64,000 nucleotides of DNA from Treponema sp. (GTDB lineage Bacteria > Spirochaetota > Spirochaetia > Treponematales > Breznakiellaceae). Position 1 is the first letter of the stretch, and each line of letters begins with the position of its first letter. Made by a program: the position numbers and the translations under genes. The DNA lies in contig WQTD01000011.1 in NCBI GenBank assembly GCA_009786455.1, forward strand, positions 1,953 through 65,952. The letters run 5' to 3'. Positions 9,982-18,678 of the stretch are shown here, piece after piece. Under the pieces are notes generated by a model. It was given only the letters and a program-made list of their open reading frames with translations. It did no database searches and was not told the origin of the DNA.

Positions 9982-11967
9982 TTACAGGTTTAAGCCGCTG
10001 AGGTAATTTGAATAATTTTCCTGGGTTGTTTTCAGATACGCGTTGGCTCTTTCCAGATTGGCTGACGCTGCGTCAATTTCATTGTCAAGAGCGACCAGCC
10101 GTCTTAAATATTCCTGTCCCTGCTGCGTCTGGTTTCCGGCAGCCTCAAGATTACGGCGTATTCTGTCCTGATCAGAAATGAGGCTTGTACGCTGTGCCTG
10201 GATTTCCTTTACAGCCTGATCCGCCGCATCGCTTGCGCGTTTAAGCTCAACGGCGCGTTCAAGAGCGCGGCGGACATTGGCGGGAATTTCCTGATTTGTC
10301 GTATAACTCAGTAAAGTTTCAATCCTCATCGGAAGGAGCGTAATTCGCTCAGAGATCGGGCGCTGTTCATTTACAGTCAGCGTTGTTTCCCTGCCGGCAG
10401 GAAGGGTTACATTAAAGCGGTACGCTGAAGCTGTCTGCTCGTCGGCTTTCGGAGATACAAGTTCAGTTGACGAGGTTTTATTGTGTTCAACAACAAGCTG
10501 TTTGGAAACAGAAGCCGAGTTTACAAAAGTATATGTCTTTGAGTACGTTAAGCGTCTTGTAATATTCATAACTCCGCCTGAGATATTTACTGTATTGACG
10601 GCGGTTGCGCTTGTAGTCCCCGAAGTTGCGGTTACTGACAGGTCATCTCCGAATGAAATAAGTCTTTTCTCTCCTTCATTCCAGAATTCAATAAGGGCGT
10701 CTCCTGCGTATACGCCTCCGTCATAAACAGTGATCGGACCTGCGGGAAGTTTCATATTACTTGAGTTTGTAAGTTCCGCACCAAGACGGGGATAGCGTCC
10801 TGAACCGCTGTAAATAAGGAGCTTGCGCGCTTCCATTGAAGATTCTACAAGCGGGAACATAGCGCTCATTCTGCGGTCAAGGCTGACAGGGTTTTTTATT
10901 GTAAACTCAAACTGGCCTCCCGCATCGCTTCCGGATGCTGTCTGCATGGTTCCGCCTGTAAGATTACCGGCCGCTGAAGGAGCTGCGTATAGATAAGAAG
11001 AATCCGAATCCATCATTACCTGAGGAGCTGCCATTCTCATCATGACAGACTGCTCAGCTTCAGCTTTCTCTGTTACAACATATCCCCTGTCATATACTGC
11101 GGCTTCGGCAACTCCCGCAATGGCAAGGGGAAGCACAGGGCGCGATACATAATACGGCGGATAAAGGTTCTGAATAAACGAAGTGGGGCGGCCGGCCACA
11201 AGGGAAAGAGATACATTGTTCCAGTCTGTATCGCTGTCGTTATCTACGATTGCCCATCCCTGAAAAACCGGCTTTGACGCGCCCAGATCAAGGCGGTAGG
11301 AAGCTTTCCATACCGGAGAGGGAATTACATAACTTATTGTTACGTCTCTTCTGGCGGTTCCTGGAAGGTTCACGGAAAGCTGCCGCGAAAAGGAATTTCT
11401 TGACGCGGCTATTAAATCAAGGGCGCGGTTCAAATCCTGCTCAATCGCCTGATTTGTAAATTTAATCGAGCCGATTTCTTTTAAATTAAAAGGTCTCATT
11501 CCTTCCTGAGTGGAAAGTAGCAGCCAGGGTTCATTTTCCATCATGTTGATAATAAAAGACGGGCGGTATTCAATACCTACAATTCTGCCTTTATAAACCG
11601 ATGGAGAGGAAATTTCAACTTCGACGCCCTTAAGTCTTGCAAGAATGACAGCCATTCCCGGATCATCTGACAAATCGATCATCAGACTGCGCAATGTTTG
11701 AAAGAGAGTGTTTTCAGACTGATACGTAACAGAAGGATTTACAGTGGCAGGATCGTTTAAAACAAGAGTTTTTAACGCGTCATTAACAGCATCAAGTCTG
11801 AAGGGAAGATTGATGTTTACAGCGCCGTTAATTGAACCTGAATGTTCATAATACGCAAGTCCCGACGTAAGAATTACAACTTTTTTAAGCGGAATATTTT
11901 CATTTTGCTGCGCCCAAAGTAAGGATACAGTTATACAAAAAATCAAAACAGCGGTTATTTTTTTCAT
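9982..11967 (-). CDS. DUF4139-domain secreted protein
   Basis: Signal peptide from MKKITAV (RBS CAGGAG); LPLKKV-like start, WKASYRLDL, GWAIVDNDSDTDW; C-terminal coiled coil. Confidence 0.75.
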   Translation of the reverse strand: MKKITAVLIFCITVSLLWAQQNENIPLKKVVILTSGLAYYEHSGSINGAVNINLPFRLDAVNDALKTLVLNDPATVNPSVTYQSENTLFQTLRSLMIDLSDDPGMAVILARLKGVEVEISSPSVYKGRIVGIEYRPSFIINMMENEPWLLLSTQEGMRPFNLKEIGSIKFTNQAIEQDLNRALDLIAASRNSFSRQLSVNLPGTARRDVTISYVIPSPVWKASYRLDLGASKPVFQGWAIVDNDSDTDWNNVSLSLVAGRPTSFIQNLYPPYYVSRPVLPLAIAGVAEAAVYDRGYVVTEKAEAEQSVMMRMAAPQVMMDSDSSYLYAAPSAAGNLTGGTMQTASGSDAGGQFEFTIKNPVSLDRRMSAMFPLVESSMEARKLLIYSGSGRYPRLGAELTNSSNMKLPAGPITVYDGGVYAGDALIEFWNEGEKRLISFGDDLSVTATSGTTSATAVNTVNISGGVMNITRRLTYSKTYTFVNSASVSKQLVVEHNKTSSTELVSPKADEQTASAYRFNVTLPAGRETTLTVNEQRPISERITLLPMRIETLLSYTTNQEIPANVRRALERAVELKRASDAADQAVKEIQAQRTSLISDQDRIRRNLEAAGNQTQQGQEYLRRLVALDNEIDAASANLERANAYLKTTQENYSNYLSGLNL

Positions 11968-11996
11968 AAAGCTCTCCTGGTTAAAATCTGATATAT

Positions 11997-12032
11997 AAGC
12001 TTGTTCCAAAATAACAGTTTTTGGAATAATTG
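11997..12032. repeat. Degenerate type-A palindrome
   Basis: TTGTTCCAAAA-TAACAGT-TTTTGGAATAA. Confidence 0.55.
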
Positions 12033-12079
12033 CATCGTAATTAATGAAAAATTAACTTTAAATTATGACCTGTTCTTGA

Positions 12080-13738
12080 TTATAAACAATGCTCAAGCTT
12101 CAGTGTTACGGTTGTGGTTTCGCAGACTTCCGGAGGACCGAAGTATTGAATCGCGCCGGGGACAAGGAAGCAGGTTTGTACCGCCCAGGCGGTGCGTTTT
12201 TTCTCAAATTCCTTAAAAGGTTTATCGTATAAATCGACAAGCGCTTTTTTTATGACGGGTTTTTTTGAGCCGTGCCTCTGCTCAAGATTCATCATCATGG
12301 TAAGCGGCACTCCTCCTGCGATCCATTTTTCCGCGGGAGAGACAAGGTTTTTTACATTGGATAAATAGCCGGTCAATCCGCAGGCGATCAGAACAAACGC
12401 CCCAAAACCAAGCGAGTAGCAATAATCGGCGTCAAAGTTGGAAGGAAAAGCGCACCTGCCTTCATAACCGAAGAAATGGGTAAGAGCGGAAAATTTCCCG
12501 TTGTAATGTTTCTTCTCTTTCATTTCAGCCAATTTTTTTTCCACCATGCCGACAAGAAGTTTTTCCGTATCTATTCTTGAAACCTGAACGTTTCCGTGTG
12601 GATCGCGATCCATTAAAAACTGATGTGAAATTTCAGGCGGAAGCATTTGCATTGCTCTGTATGAACTTTCCGGAAGTCTTGTAGACAGCCAATAAAGCTG
12701 ATCAATAAAATTTGAATTTTGAGCGAATGATTTTTCTTCCGCAGCTATGGCGTCGTTAAGTTCATTTATCAATTTTTTTATTTCAGGAACAAATTCAACA
12801 AGCCCTTCGGGAATTAGTACAACGCCGAAATTGTCGCCGTTTTCAGAACGTTTAACAATCGAGTCGCAGATTTGATCGATGATCTGATCAAGAGATAATT
12901 TTTTTTCCTCGATTTCTTCGGATATAAGGCAGATATTGGGCTGGGTCTGGAACGCGCATTCCAAAGCGATGTGGCTTGCTGCGCGTCCCATCAATTTAAT
13001 GAAGTGCCAGTATTTTTTCGCGCTGTTTGTATCACGGCAAATGTTGCCGATTAGTTCAGAATATGTCTTGCAGGCGGTATCAAAACCAAAAGACGTTTCG
13101 ATATGTTCGTTTTTTAAATCTCCATCTATTGTTTTGGGGCAGCCGATTACCTGAATGGTCGAGCCGTTTGCGGTAAAATATTCGGCAAGAAGCGCGGCGT
13201 TTGTGTTTGAATCATCTCCGCCTATTACCACAATCGCGTCAAGATTCAAATTTTTGGCTGTTTTAAGAGAGAGCGCAAACTGCTGCGGCGTTTCAATTTT
13301 TGTCCGTCCCGAACCTATTATGTCAAAGCCGCCGGTATTGCGGTATTCATCAATAATTTCATGAGTAAGTATTATAGTTTTATTGTCGATTAAGCCGCCA
13401 GGACCGCCCAAAAAACCGTAAAGGGTAGACTCAGAATTTCCTTTTTTAAGACCGTCAAATAAACCGGCGATCACATTGTGTCCACCGGGAGCCTGACCGC
13501 CGGAGAGGATAACGCCTACTTTTAACTCGCGTTTTATTTTTTTATTTTTCCCTTTTGTAAAGGTTGCCAGGGGTTTGCCGTAGGTATTTTTAAAAATACC
13601 GCGAATCTCTTCCTTATCCGAGATTGCCTCTGTCGGTGAGCCGAACTCAACCGCAATGTCGTCAACTGAGCCGGACAGGTTCTCAGGCAACTTCGGTTTA
13701 TAGGCGTATCTGACCTTTTGCAATGAGGAAATATTCAT
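12080..13738 (-). CDS. pfp: Pyrophosphate-dependent phosphofructokinase
   Basis: [28 protein letters not shown] (PPi-type residues), MGRAASH. Confidence 0.95.
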   Translation of the reverse strand: MNISSLQKVRYAYKPKLPENLSGSVDDIAVEFGSPTEAISDKEEIRGIFKNTYGKPLATFTKGKNKKIKRELKVGVILSGGQAPGGHNVIAGLFDGLKKGNSESTLYGFLGGPGGLIDNKTIILTHEIIDEYRNTGGFDIIGSGRTKIETPQQFALSLKTAKNLNLDAIVVIGGDDSNTNAALLAEYFTANGSTIQVIGCPKTIDGDLKNEHIETSFGFDTACKTYSELIGNICRDTNSAKKYWHFIKLMGRAASHIALECAFQTQPNICLISEEIEEKKLSLDQIIDQICDSIVKRSENGDNFGVVLIPEGLVEFVPEIKKLINELNDAIAAEEKSFAQNSNFIDQLYWLSTRLPESSYRAMQMLPPEISHQFLMDRDPHGNVQVSRIDTEKLLVGMVEKKLAEMKEKKHYNGKFSALTHFFGYEGRCAFPSNFDADYCYSLGFGAFVLIACGLTGYLSNVKNLVSPAEKWIAGGVPLTMMMNLEQRHGSKKPVIKKALVDLYDKPFKEFEKKRTAWAVQTCFLVPGAIQYFGPPEVCETTTVTLKLEHCL

Positions 13739-13753
13739 GATTACTCCATGGAT

Positions 13754-13843
13754 CTATTTGTTCTTGTGTCTGTTTTTTCGCAGTTTTTTCTTGCGTTTAT
13801 GCGTGGCGATTTTTCTAAGCTTGCGCTTTCTTCCGCAGGGCAC
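13754..13843 (-). CDS. Small basic protein, bS22/AURKAIP1-COX24-like ribosomal protein (29 aa)
   Basis: GTG start with AAGGAG RBS; MPCGRKRKLRKIATHKRKKKLRKNRHKNK; not in the ORF track. Confidence 0.85.
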   Translation of the reverse strand: MPCGRKRKLRKIATHKRKKKLRKNRHKNK

Positions 13844-13899
13844 TTAATTCTCCTTTAAAGTGACACGGATAGCCACCGTATCAGTTTGATAATGCTGAA

Positions 13900-13928
13900 A
13901 TTATGAAGGAGTAAAAAAAAAAGGTCAA
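13900..13928 (-). promoter_or_regulatory. Sigma70-type promoter of the bS22-pfp operon, T10 tract in spacer
   Basis: TTGACC-N17-CATAAT on the minus strand. Confidence 0.7.
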
Positions 13929-13949
13929 GTAGAGACAGGTGCGCTTCCT

Positions 13950-14021
13950 CATCTCCACGGGGAATCGAACCCCGGTTGCCGGGATGAAAACCCGGTGTCC
14001 TAACCGCTAGACGATGGAGAC
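13950..14021 (-). tRNA. tRNA-Glu(TTC)
   Basis: GTCTCCATCGTCTAGCGGTTAGGACACCGGGTTTTCATCCCGGCAACCGGGGTTCGATTCCCCGTGGAGATG; no encoded CCA. Confidence 0.96.
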
Positions 14022-14033
14022 ATGAACAAATCG

Positions 14034-14062
14034 AATATATAAATTTTAAATAGAATTGTCAA
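14034..14062 (-). promoter_or_regulatory. Sigma70-type promoter of tRNA-Glu
   Basis: TTGACA-N17-TATATT on the minus strand. Confidence 0.7.
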
Positions 14063-14064
14063 GC

Positions 14065-14100
14065 GAGCGTTTTATAAAACTGAAGTTTTGAAAAAACATC
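14065..14100. repeat. Type-B palindrome (AAAAC-TGAA-GTTTT core), degenerate
   Basis: GAGCGTTTTATAAAAC-TGAA-GTTTTGAAAAAACATC. Confidence 0.6.
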
Positions 14101-14108
14101 AAATGTAA

Positions 14109-15191
14109 TTAACTGTTACTTAAAAACGCCATGATGTCTGCGCCGGAGGGAGGGCAGCCGGGACAGAATAATTTGAAACCGGAGCAGCATTGTCCTGTTC
14201 CAAAGCCGCCGCTTTTTCCCTTAAAACCCTGACCAATGCAGATTTTTTCGTTCAGACGGTTAAGTATGTTTTTATCAAGACGCGAAAGAGCATGGATCAA
14301 TGATGCGTAACACGCACTGCACGCATTATTTTCTGAAATAAAAGGCGCAAGCTGCTTTACCTTGTGCGAAGGCTGATACGCAGTATCGCAGCTGCTTTTG
14401 TTCAATTCCTTTATTTTAGCGTAACGGAGATCGGCGCTTCCTATTCCAAGTTTTTCAGCAAGACCGATGTAGGGAATTTCATCGATACTGTAACCCATAA
14501 GCTTTGCAGTCCATGCGTCGCAAAGAACAGGATCGCATGCGGCATACATGCGGTAAGCGTATAACGGATTGCCGCCTTCTTCGTAATCAAGATCGCCGCA
14601 GATACCGTCAACAATTATAAAATCATTACGTATGACAGTATTTAAGTGGGCAATCGGTTTTGTAAGCCCGATTGTGTGAAAGCGTCTTTTTTCGCTGTCG
14701 GGGATAAGCCCTTTGCCGTTCTTCAGAGCGCAGGTTAGTTTTGTTTGGCAATGACCTTTCATTACAGGAAGGTTGATCATAAAATCCAGTTTTAAGGCGC
14801 TTTCGCAAATATCAATTTTTATGCCTTTACAGTCGCATGATTTTGCCTTGTCCTGTTTGGTGTCAATGAGAGAAACTCCTGTTTCCGCGGCAAGTTTCCT
14901 GTACCCGCATACATTGAAGGCTTCCTGGGTTGAACCTCCTACCCAAGCGCCTTCAATAATCGCTATATCCTTAAAACCTTCGCTTTTCAGGTAATTTATC
15001 AGCCCTGCGGCTATTTGCGGATGGGTTGTAGCACCGCTTGAAGCAGGTTTTGCTGAAACAAGATTTGGTTTTAAGCCGATTTTTTTAACACGTTTCCCAA
15101 TCATTGCGGCAAGATCGGCTTCCTGCGCAAGCCTGTGCGCCATCGCCTCAATATCATTCCCGTAGATGACCAGTATTTCATTTTTTTTCAT
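14109..15191 (-). CDS. DUF362-domain Fe-S protein
   Basis: GLKPNLV...GATTHP, INLPVMKGH, TCALKN, DPVLCD; C-terminal ACSAC...CPGCPP. Confidence 0.85.
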   Translation of the reverse strand: MKKNEILVIYGNDIEAMAHRLAQEADLAAMIGKRVKKIGLKPNLVSAKPASSGATTHPQIAAGLINYLKSEGFKDIAIIEGAWVGGSTQEAFNVCGYRKLAAETGVSLIDTKQDKAKSCDCKGIKIDICESALKLDFMINLPVMKGHCQTKLTCALKNGKGLIPDSEKRRFHTIGLTKPIAHLNTVIRNDFIIVDGICGDLDYEEGGNPLYAYRMYAACDPVLCDAWTAKLMGYSIDEIPYIGLAEKLGIGSADLRYAKIKELNKSSCDTAYQPSHKVKQLAPFISENNACSACYASLIHALSRLDKNILNRLNEKICIGQGFKGKSGGFGTGQCCSGFKLFCPGCPPSGADIMAFLSNS

Positions 15192-15315
15192 TGTAAATAA
15201 TATACATTATATGTTAATGTTATTCTTTTTTAATTGAAAACCACAGCGAAATTGATTATAATTAATGTATGAAGCGATGTTTTCCGATATTTAATAAGGA
15301 AAAGCGGGAAAAGTA

Positions 15316-16671
15316 ATGAAGATCAATAAAAAAATTGTTGCTCCTACAGCTATTGGCTTTCTTTTAATATTATTGATTCTCTTCTTTTTCCTGTTTTTCA
15401 GGCAAAAATCAGGATTGTCGCAGAATCCTGCTGATTTAGACGCAATCAATTCCGGAGGTTTCAGCGGATTGCAGCAGTCAGGTTTGGCCGTTCTTTCAGA
15501 TGCTGATCTGCAAAATCGTTTTGGGACCGAATTACAGAATGCTTTAGAAGCTGAATTACAAAATTTGTCTCAGGCAGGACTTCAGAATTTATCTCAAGCT
15601 GAACTGCAGAATTTGTCTCAAGCTGGATTACAAAATCTTTCACAAGCAGGACTACAGAATCTTTCTCAAACTGAACTGTTAAATCTCTTACGGGGAGAAC
15701 AGTCAGAGACAGGAGTGTTAAATTTGTCTCAGGCGGAAATTGAATTACAGTACTCCATGCAAACAGGGCAGTCTGAATCCACTCTTTTATATTCCCAGTC
15801 CGGGTCAATTGAAATTAACCCCAATATGCCGCTTCTCAGTATTGCCAGTTTAACCGATGATGTTTTTTTAAAACTTAACCCTGATGAAGATAATATTTCA
15901 CAGGCAAATCGTGAAGGGGAAATTACTGTCCCGGAACCTGTTATCATTCCTGTTCCGGATTATATGGTGCTGGTCAGGCGAGGCGCATTTGAAATGGGGA
16001 GTCCCGAAACAGAGATAGAGCATGAGGAAGACGAACAGCTTCACAAAGTGATTATCAGATCGTTTTATATATCGAAATTTGAGGTGACGCAAAGGCAGTA
16101 TCATGAGGTTATGGGAAATAATCCCAGCTATTTTAAAGGAGCGAATCTCCCTGTTGAGAATGTCAGCTGGTTTGATGCTGTTGAGTACTGTAACGCTTTA
16201 AGCATACGTGACGGACTTCCTCCCGCATATACGATACTGGAGTATAATGAAAACAGGGTAGTTGTCTGGAATCGTGATTCAAAAGGTTACCGCCTGCCGA
16301 CTGAAGCTGAGTGGGAATTTTCCTGCAGAGCGGGAACAACTACAGCTTTTAGTATGGGGAATAATATAAACAGAAGATACGCGAATTACCTTGGAAGAGG
16401 GACAAGAAATGTCGGCAGTTACCCGCCGAACGGCTGGGGTATTTATGATATGCACGGTAATGTTTCTGAATGGTGTTGGGACTGGTATTATGATTATTCC
16501 ACAACAACGTTACTTGATACAAGTTTTGCCAATACGGACGGTCACAGGATTTTCCGCGGAGGCAACTGGTTTAGTTCGAGCATACGTCTTCGTTCCGCAT
16601 TCAGGGAGCATTATTATCCCGCCTACCGCAATATGAGTATAGGTTTCCGGATTGCCCGTAACTTAGAGTAG
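15316..16671 (+). CDS. Membrane-anchored FGE/SUMF1-family (CLec fold) protein with an octapeptide-repeat stalk
   Basis: FEMGS, FEVTQRQY, PVENVSWFDA, YRLPTEAEWEF, GIYDMHGNVSEWCWDWY, RGGNW, GFRIAR. Confidence 0.9.
   Translation: MKINKKIVAPTAIGFLLILLILFFFLFFRQKSGLSQNPADLDAINSGGFSGLQQSGLAVLSDADLQNRFGTELQNALEAELQNLSQAGLQNLSQAELQNLSQAGLQNLSQAGLQNLSQTELLNLLRGEQSETGVLNLSQAEIELQYSMQTGQSESTLLYSQSGSIEINPNMPLLSIASLTDDVFLKLNPDEDNISQANREGEITVPEPVIIPVPDYMVLVRRGAFEMGSPETEIEHEEDEQLHKVIIRSFYISKFEVTQRQYHEVMGNNPSYFKGANLPVENVSWFDAVEYCNALSIRDGLPPAYTILEYNENRVVVWNRDSKGYRLPTEAEWEFSCRAGTTTAFSMGNNINRRYANYLGRGTRNVGSYPPNGWGIYDMHGNVSEWCWDWYYDYSTTTLLDTSFANTDGHRIFRGGNWFSSSIRLRSAFREHYYPAYRNMSIGFRIARNLE
15529..15687 (+). repeat. 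24-bp tandem coding repeat, (E/G)LQNLSQA x about 6-7
   Basis: Amino acid units are near-identical while synonymous codons differ between units. Confidence 0.9.
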
Positions 16672-16674
16672 GAC

Positions 16675-17934
16675 ATGTCCAGGAAATTTTTACTTGTAAT
16701 TATTTTTTTTTTATTATCAGCGGTAATTTATGCCCAGGGTGAGAATCTTGTTTTTAAAATTGCGGTAATCGGTCCCGGAGATGAACTTTATTTCTGGTGG
16801 GGTCATATTGCGCTTATCATCGAAGATACGGGAACAGGACAGAGCCGTTTTTATGATTATGGGCTTTTTTCTTTTGATAATGAAAATTTCTTTACCAATT
16901 TCGCCATTGGCAGATTGTTATACAGCTGCGGCAGTTCTCCCACAGAAAGAAATGTAAGGGTTTACGAATCAACAAACCGCAGCATTAAAATTTACACTCT
17001 TGATATTCTGCCTGAAAAAAAAATGGAAATAAAGAATTTTGCCGAGCGTAATGTTCTTCCGGAAAACCGTGACTATTTTTATCATCACTTTAAGGATAAT
17101 TGTTCGACAAGAATTCGGGATATTATTGATTTAATTACAGACGGGCAGTTTAGGCGGCAAACAGCCGATACGGTGAGCCGTTTTACACTGCGGGATCATG
17201 TACGCCGCCATACTTGGTTTTCACCGATGGTGGACTGGGTTTTAAATTTCTGGATGGGACAGGTAATCGATACTCCGATTACTGTATGGGACGATATGTT
17301 TCTTCCGTCGGAAGTGGGAAAATGCATCGAAGATTATTATTATATTGACGCTGAGGGGAACAGGCGTAAACTTGTAGCATCGGTGGAAATAATTTTAGAA
17401 TCGCACGGACGCCCTGGGGTTCTTGATACTCCGCGCCTGCAATGGCCAAGGCAGCTGATATTCAGCTTTTTATTATCATCCGTTTTTTTATCATTCTTTA
17501 TTTTACAGGCTAAAAATTATTATATAGGAAGGGTATTGGCAGGCATCAGCATGGGTATTTCAGGTTTGATCTTTGGCTTTGCAGCTTTATTGCTTTATTT
17601 TTTAAATATTTTTACCAATCATGACTATACTTATCAAAACTTCAATATGATCTTTGCCACTCCTTTGCTTCTTGCGGCAATTCCTCTTGGTATTTATTAT
17701 GCTTTTACCAAAAATCAGGATAAATTTATTCTTTATAATTTTATTTTGAGGATTATTTGGTTCTTAACCGTTTTGGGAGTGTTGATTTCCATGATATTAA
17801 ACATGCTTCCTGATATTTACCAGAAAAATTTGACTGATCAAATGCTGTTTCTTCCCATTTCTTTTGTTTTTGCTTTCCATCCTGCCGGGTTAAAGGAAAT
17901 ATTTAATAAATATTTAAGGAAAAATAAAGAATGA
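16675..17934 (+). CDS. DUF4105 / Lnb-like lipoprotein N-acyltransferase
   Basis: Signal peptide; GPGDELYFWWGHIAL, YDYGLF, YHHFKDNCSTRIRD, FLP; C-terminal multi-TM region. Confidence 0.75.
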   Translation: MSRKFLLVIIFFLLSAVIYAQGENLVFKIAVIGPGDELYFWWGHIALIIEDTGTGQSRFYDYGLFSFDNENFFTNFAIGRLLYSCGSSPTERNVRVYESTNRSIKIYTLDILPEKKMEIKNFAERNVLPENRDYFYHHFKDNCSTRIRDIIDLITDGQFRRQTADTVSRFTLRDHVRRHTWFSPMVDWVLNFWMGQVIDTPITVWDDMFLPSEVGKCIEDYYYIDAEGNRRKLVASVEIILESHGRPGVLDTPRLQWPRQLIFSFLLSSVFLSFFILQAKNYYIGRVLAGISMGISGLIFGFAALLLYFLNIFTNHDYTYQNFNMIFATPLLLAAIPLGIYYAFTKNQDKFILYNFILRIIWFLTVLGVLISMILNMLPDIYQKNLTDQMLFLPISFVFAFHPAGLKEIFNKYLRKNKE

Positions 17935-18197
17935 GTAACAGTGTTGACTGGCAGGCAGTAAAATATCAGCAGGTTTTTGATGATGAAACGAGGGGAATTG
18001 TCCGCCGTATGGAATCCGATCCTGACTGCACCGCAGATGATCTTGAAGGAACATTAAGAAATCTCTATATCATGGACGGCGCCAATTATGACGGCAGAGG
18101 ACCCCTGCAGGATATCATTTTAGCGGCCACCATTGCCGCTTATGAACGTTTTATTTCTCAAATAAAGACAGAAAACGTCAGTATAGAAAAACGCTAA
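17931..18197 (+). CDS. Hypothetical protein
   Basis: 88-aa ORF with ATGA coupling to the upstream gene. Confidence 0.7.
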   Translation: MSNSVDWQAVKYQQVFDDETRGIVRRMESDPDCTADDLEGTLRNLYIMDGANYDGRGPLQDIILAATIAAYERFISQIKTENVSIEKR

Positions 18198-18230
18198 TTT
18201 TAGTAACCTTTTTACCGGTATATGGTTGTA

Positions 18231-18308
18231 TAGTCAGCAGACTAATGTGGTTTCAGTTCCTCCTATTTCTCCTTTTCCCGGAGTTACTCCTTTCTCCGGG
18301 TTTTTTTT
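18231..18308 (+). ncRNA. Candidate sRNA with anti-SD motifs and an intrinsic terminator
   Basis: 5' hairpin TAGTC-AGCA-GACTA; TTCCTCCT and TCTCCTT in a linker; terminator CCCGGAG-TTACTCCTTT-CTCCGGG followed by T8. Confidence 0.5.
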
Positions 18309-18318
18309 GATCTGAGTC

Positions 18319-18347
18319 TTGACAATTTTTATATAATTTAATACTGT
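18319..18347 (+). promoter_or_regulatory. Sigma70-type promoter of tRNA-Asn
   Basis: TTGACA-N17-TACTGT. Confidence 0.65.
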
Positions 18348-18357
18348 GTTGAAAGTA

Positions 18358-18430
18358 TCCCCTGTAGCTCAGCTGGCAGAGCAAGTGGCTGTTAACCACT
18401 GGGTCCGTGGTTCAAATCCGCGCGGGGGAG
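18358..18430 (+). tRNA. tRNA-Asn(GTT)
   Basis: TCCCCTGTAGCTCAGCTGGCAGAGCAAGTGGCTGTTAACCACTGGGTCCGTGGTTCAAATCCGCGCGGGGGAG. Confidence 0.96.
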
Positions 18431-18435
18431 TTTTT

Positions 18436-18458
18436 GCCGCCTTTCGGGGCGGCTTTTT
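18436..18458 (+). terminator. Intrinsic terminator after tRNA-Asn
   Basis: GCCGCCT-TTCG-GGGCGGC followed by TTTTT. Confidence 0.85.
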
Positions 18459-18465
18459 ATTTTAA

Positions 18466-18500
18466 AGTTATTCGGAAAAACTTCTGTTTTTGAATAACAT
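18466..18500. repeat. Type-B-like palindrome
   Basis: GTTATTCGGAAAAAC-TTCT-GTTTTTGAATAAC. Confidence 0.6.
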
Positions 18501-18678
18501 CTGTAATTGAAATTAATTAATCAACTTTGGAATTGAAGAATCAGGCGCGCCGCAAAGAAAGGACGCTGAACTTCTGATTTTCAAACGAATTTTCTTGCCT
18601 CCTCATTGATAATTTTCTAGTTTTTATTGTTGTATACCAAACATTTTTACCAAAACGGAAAGATAAGGAGGAGAACTC

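Noticed and set aside
15529-15687. Regularly spaced 24-bp repeats as a CRISPR array
   Set aside because: They are in-frame coding repeats with synonymous variation, no unique spacers, and no cas genes nearby.
16540-16671. Active DGR cassette at the FGE gene
   Set aside because: No reverse transcriptase or template repeat is visible in the window, and several putative variable codons (TCG, GAG, ATG) do not fit AAY-derived mutagenesis.
18540-18585. c-di-GMP-I riboswitch upstream of the MCP
   Set aside because: Only GAAA..GGACGC resembles it; the GGCAAACC and GCAAAGC elements and the second stem are missing.
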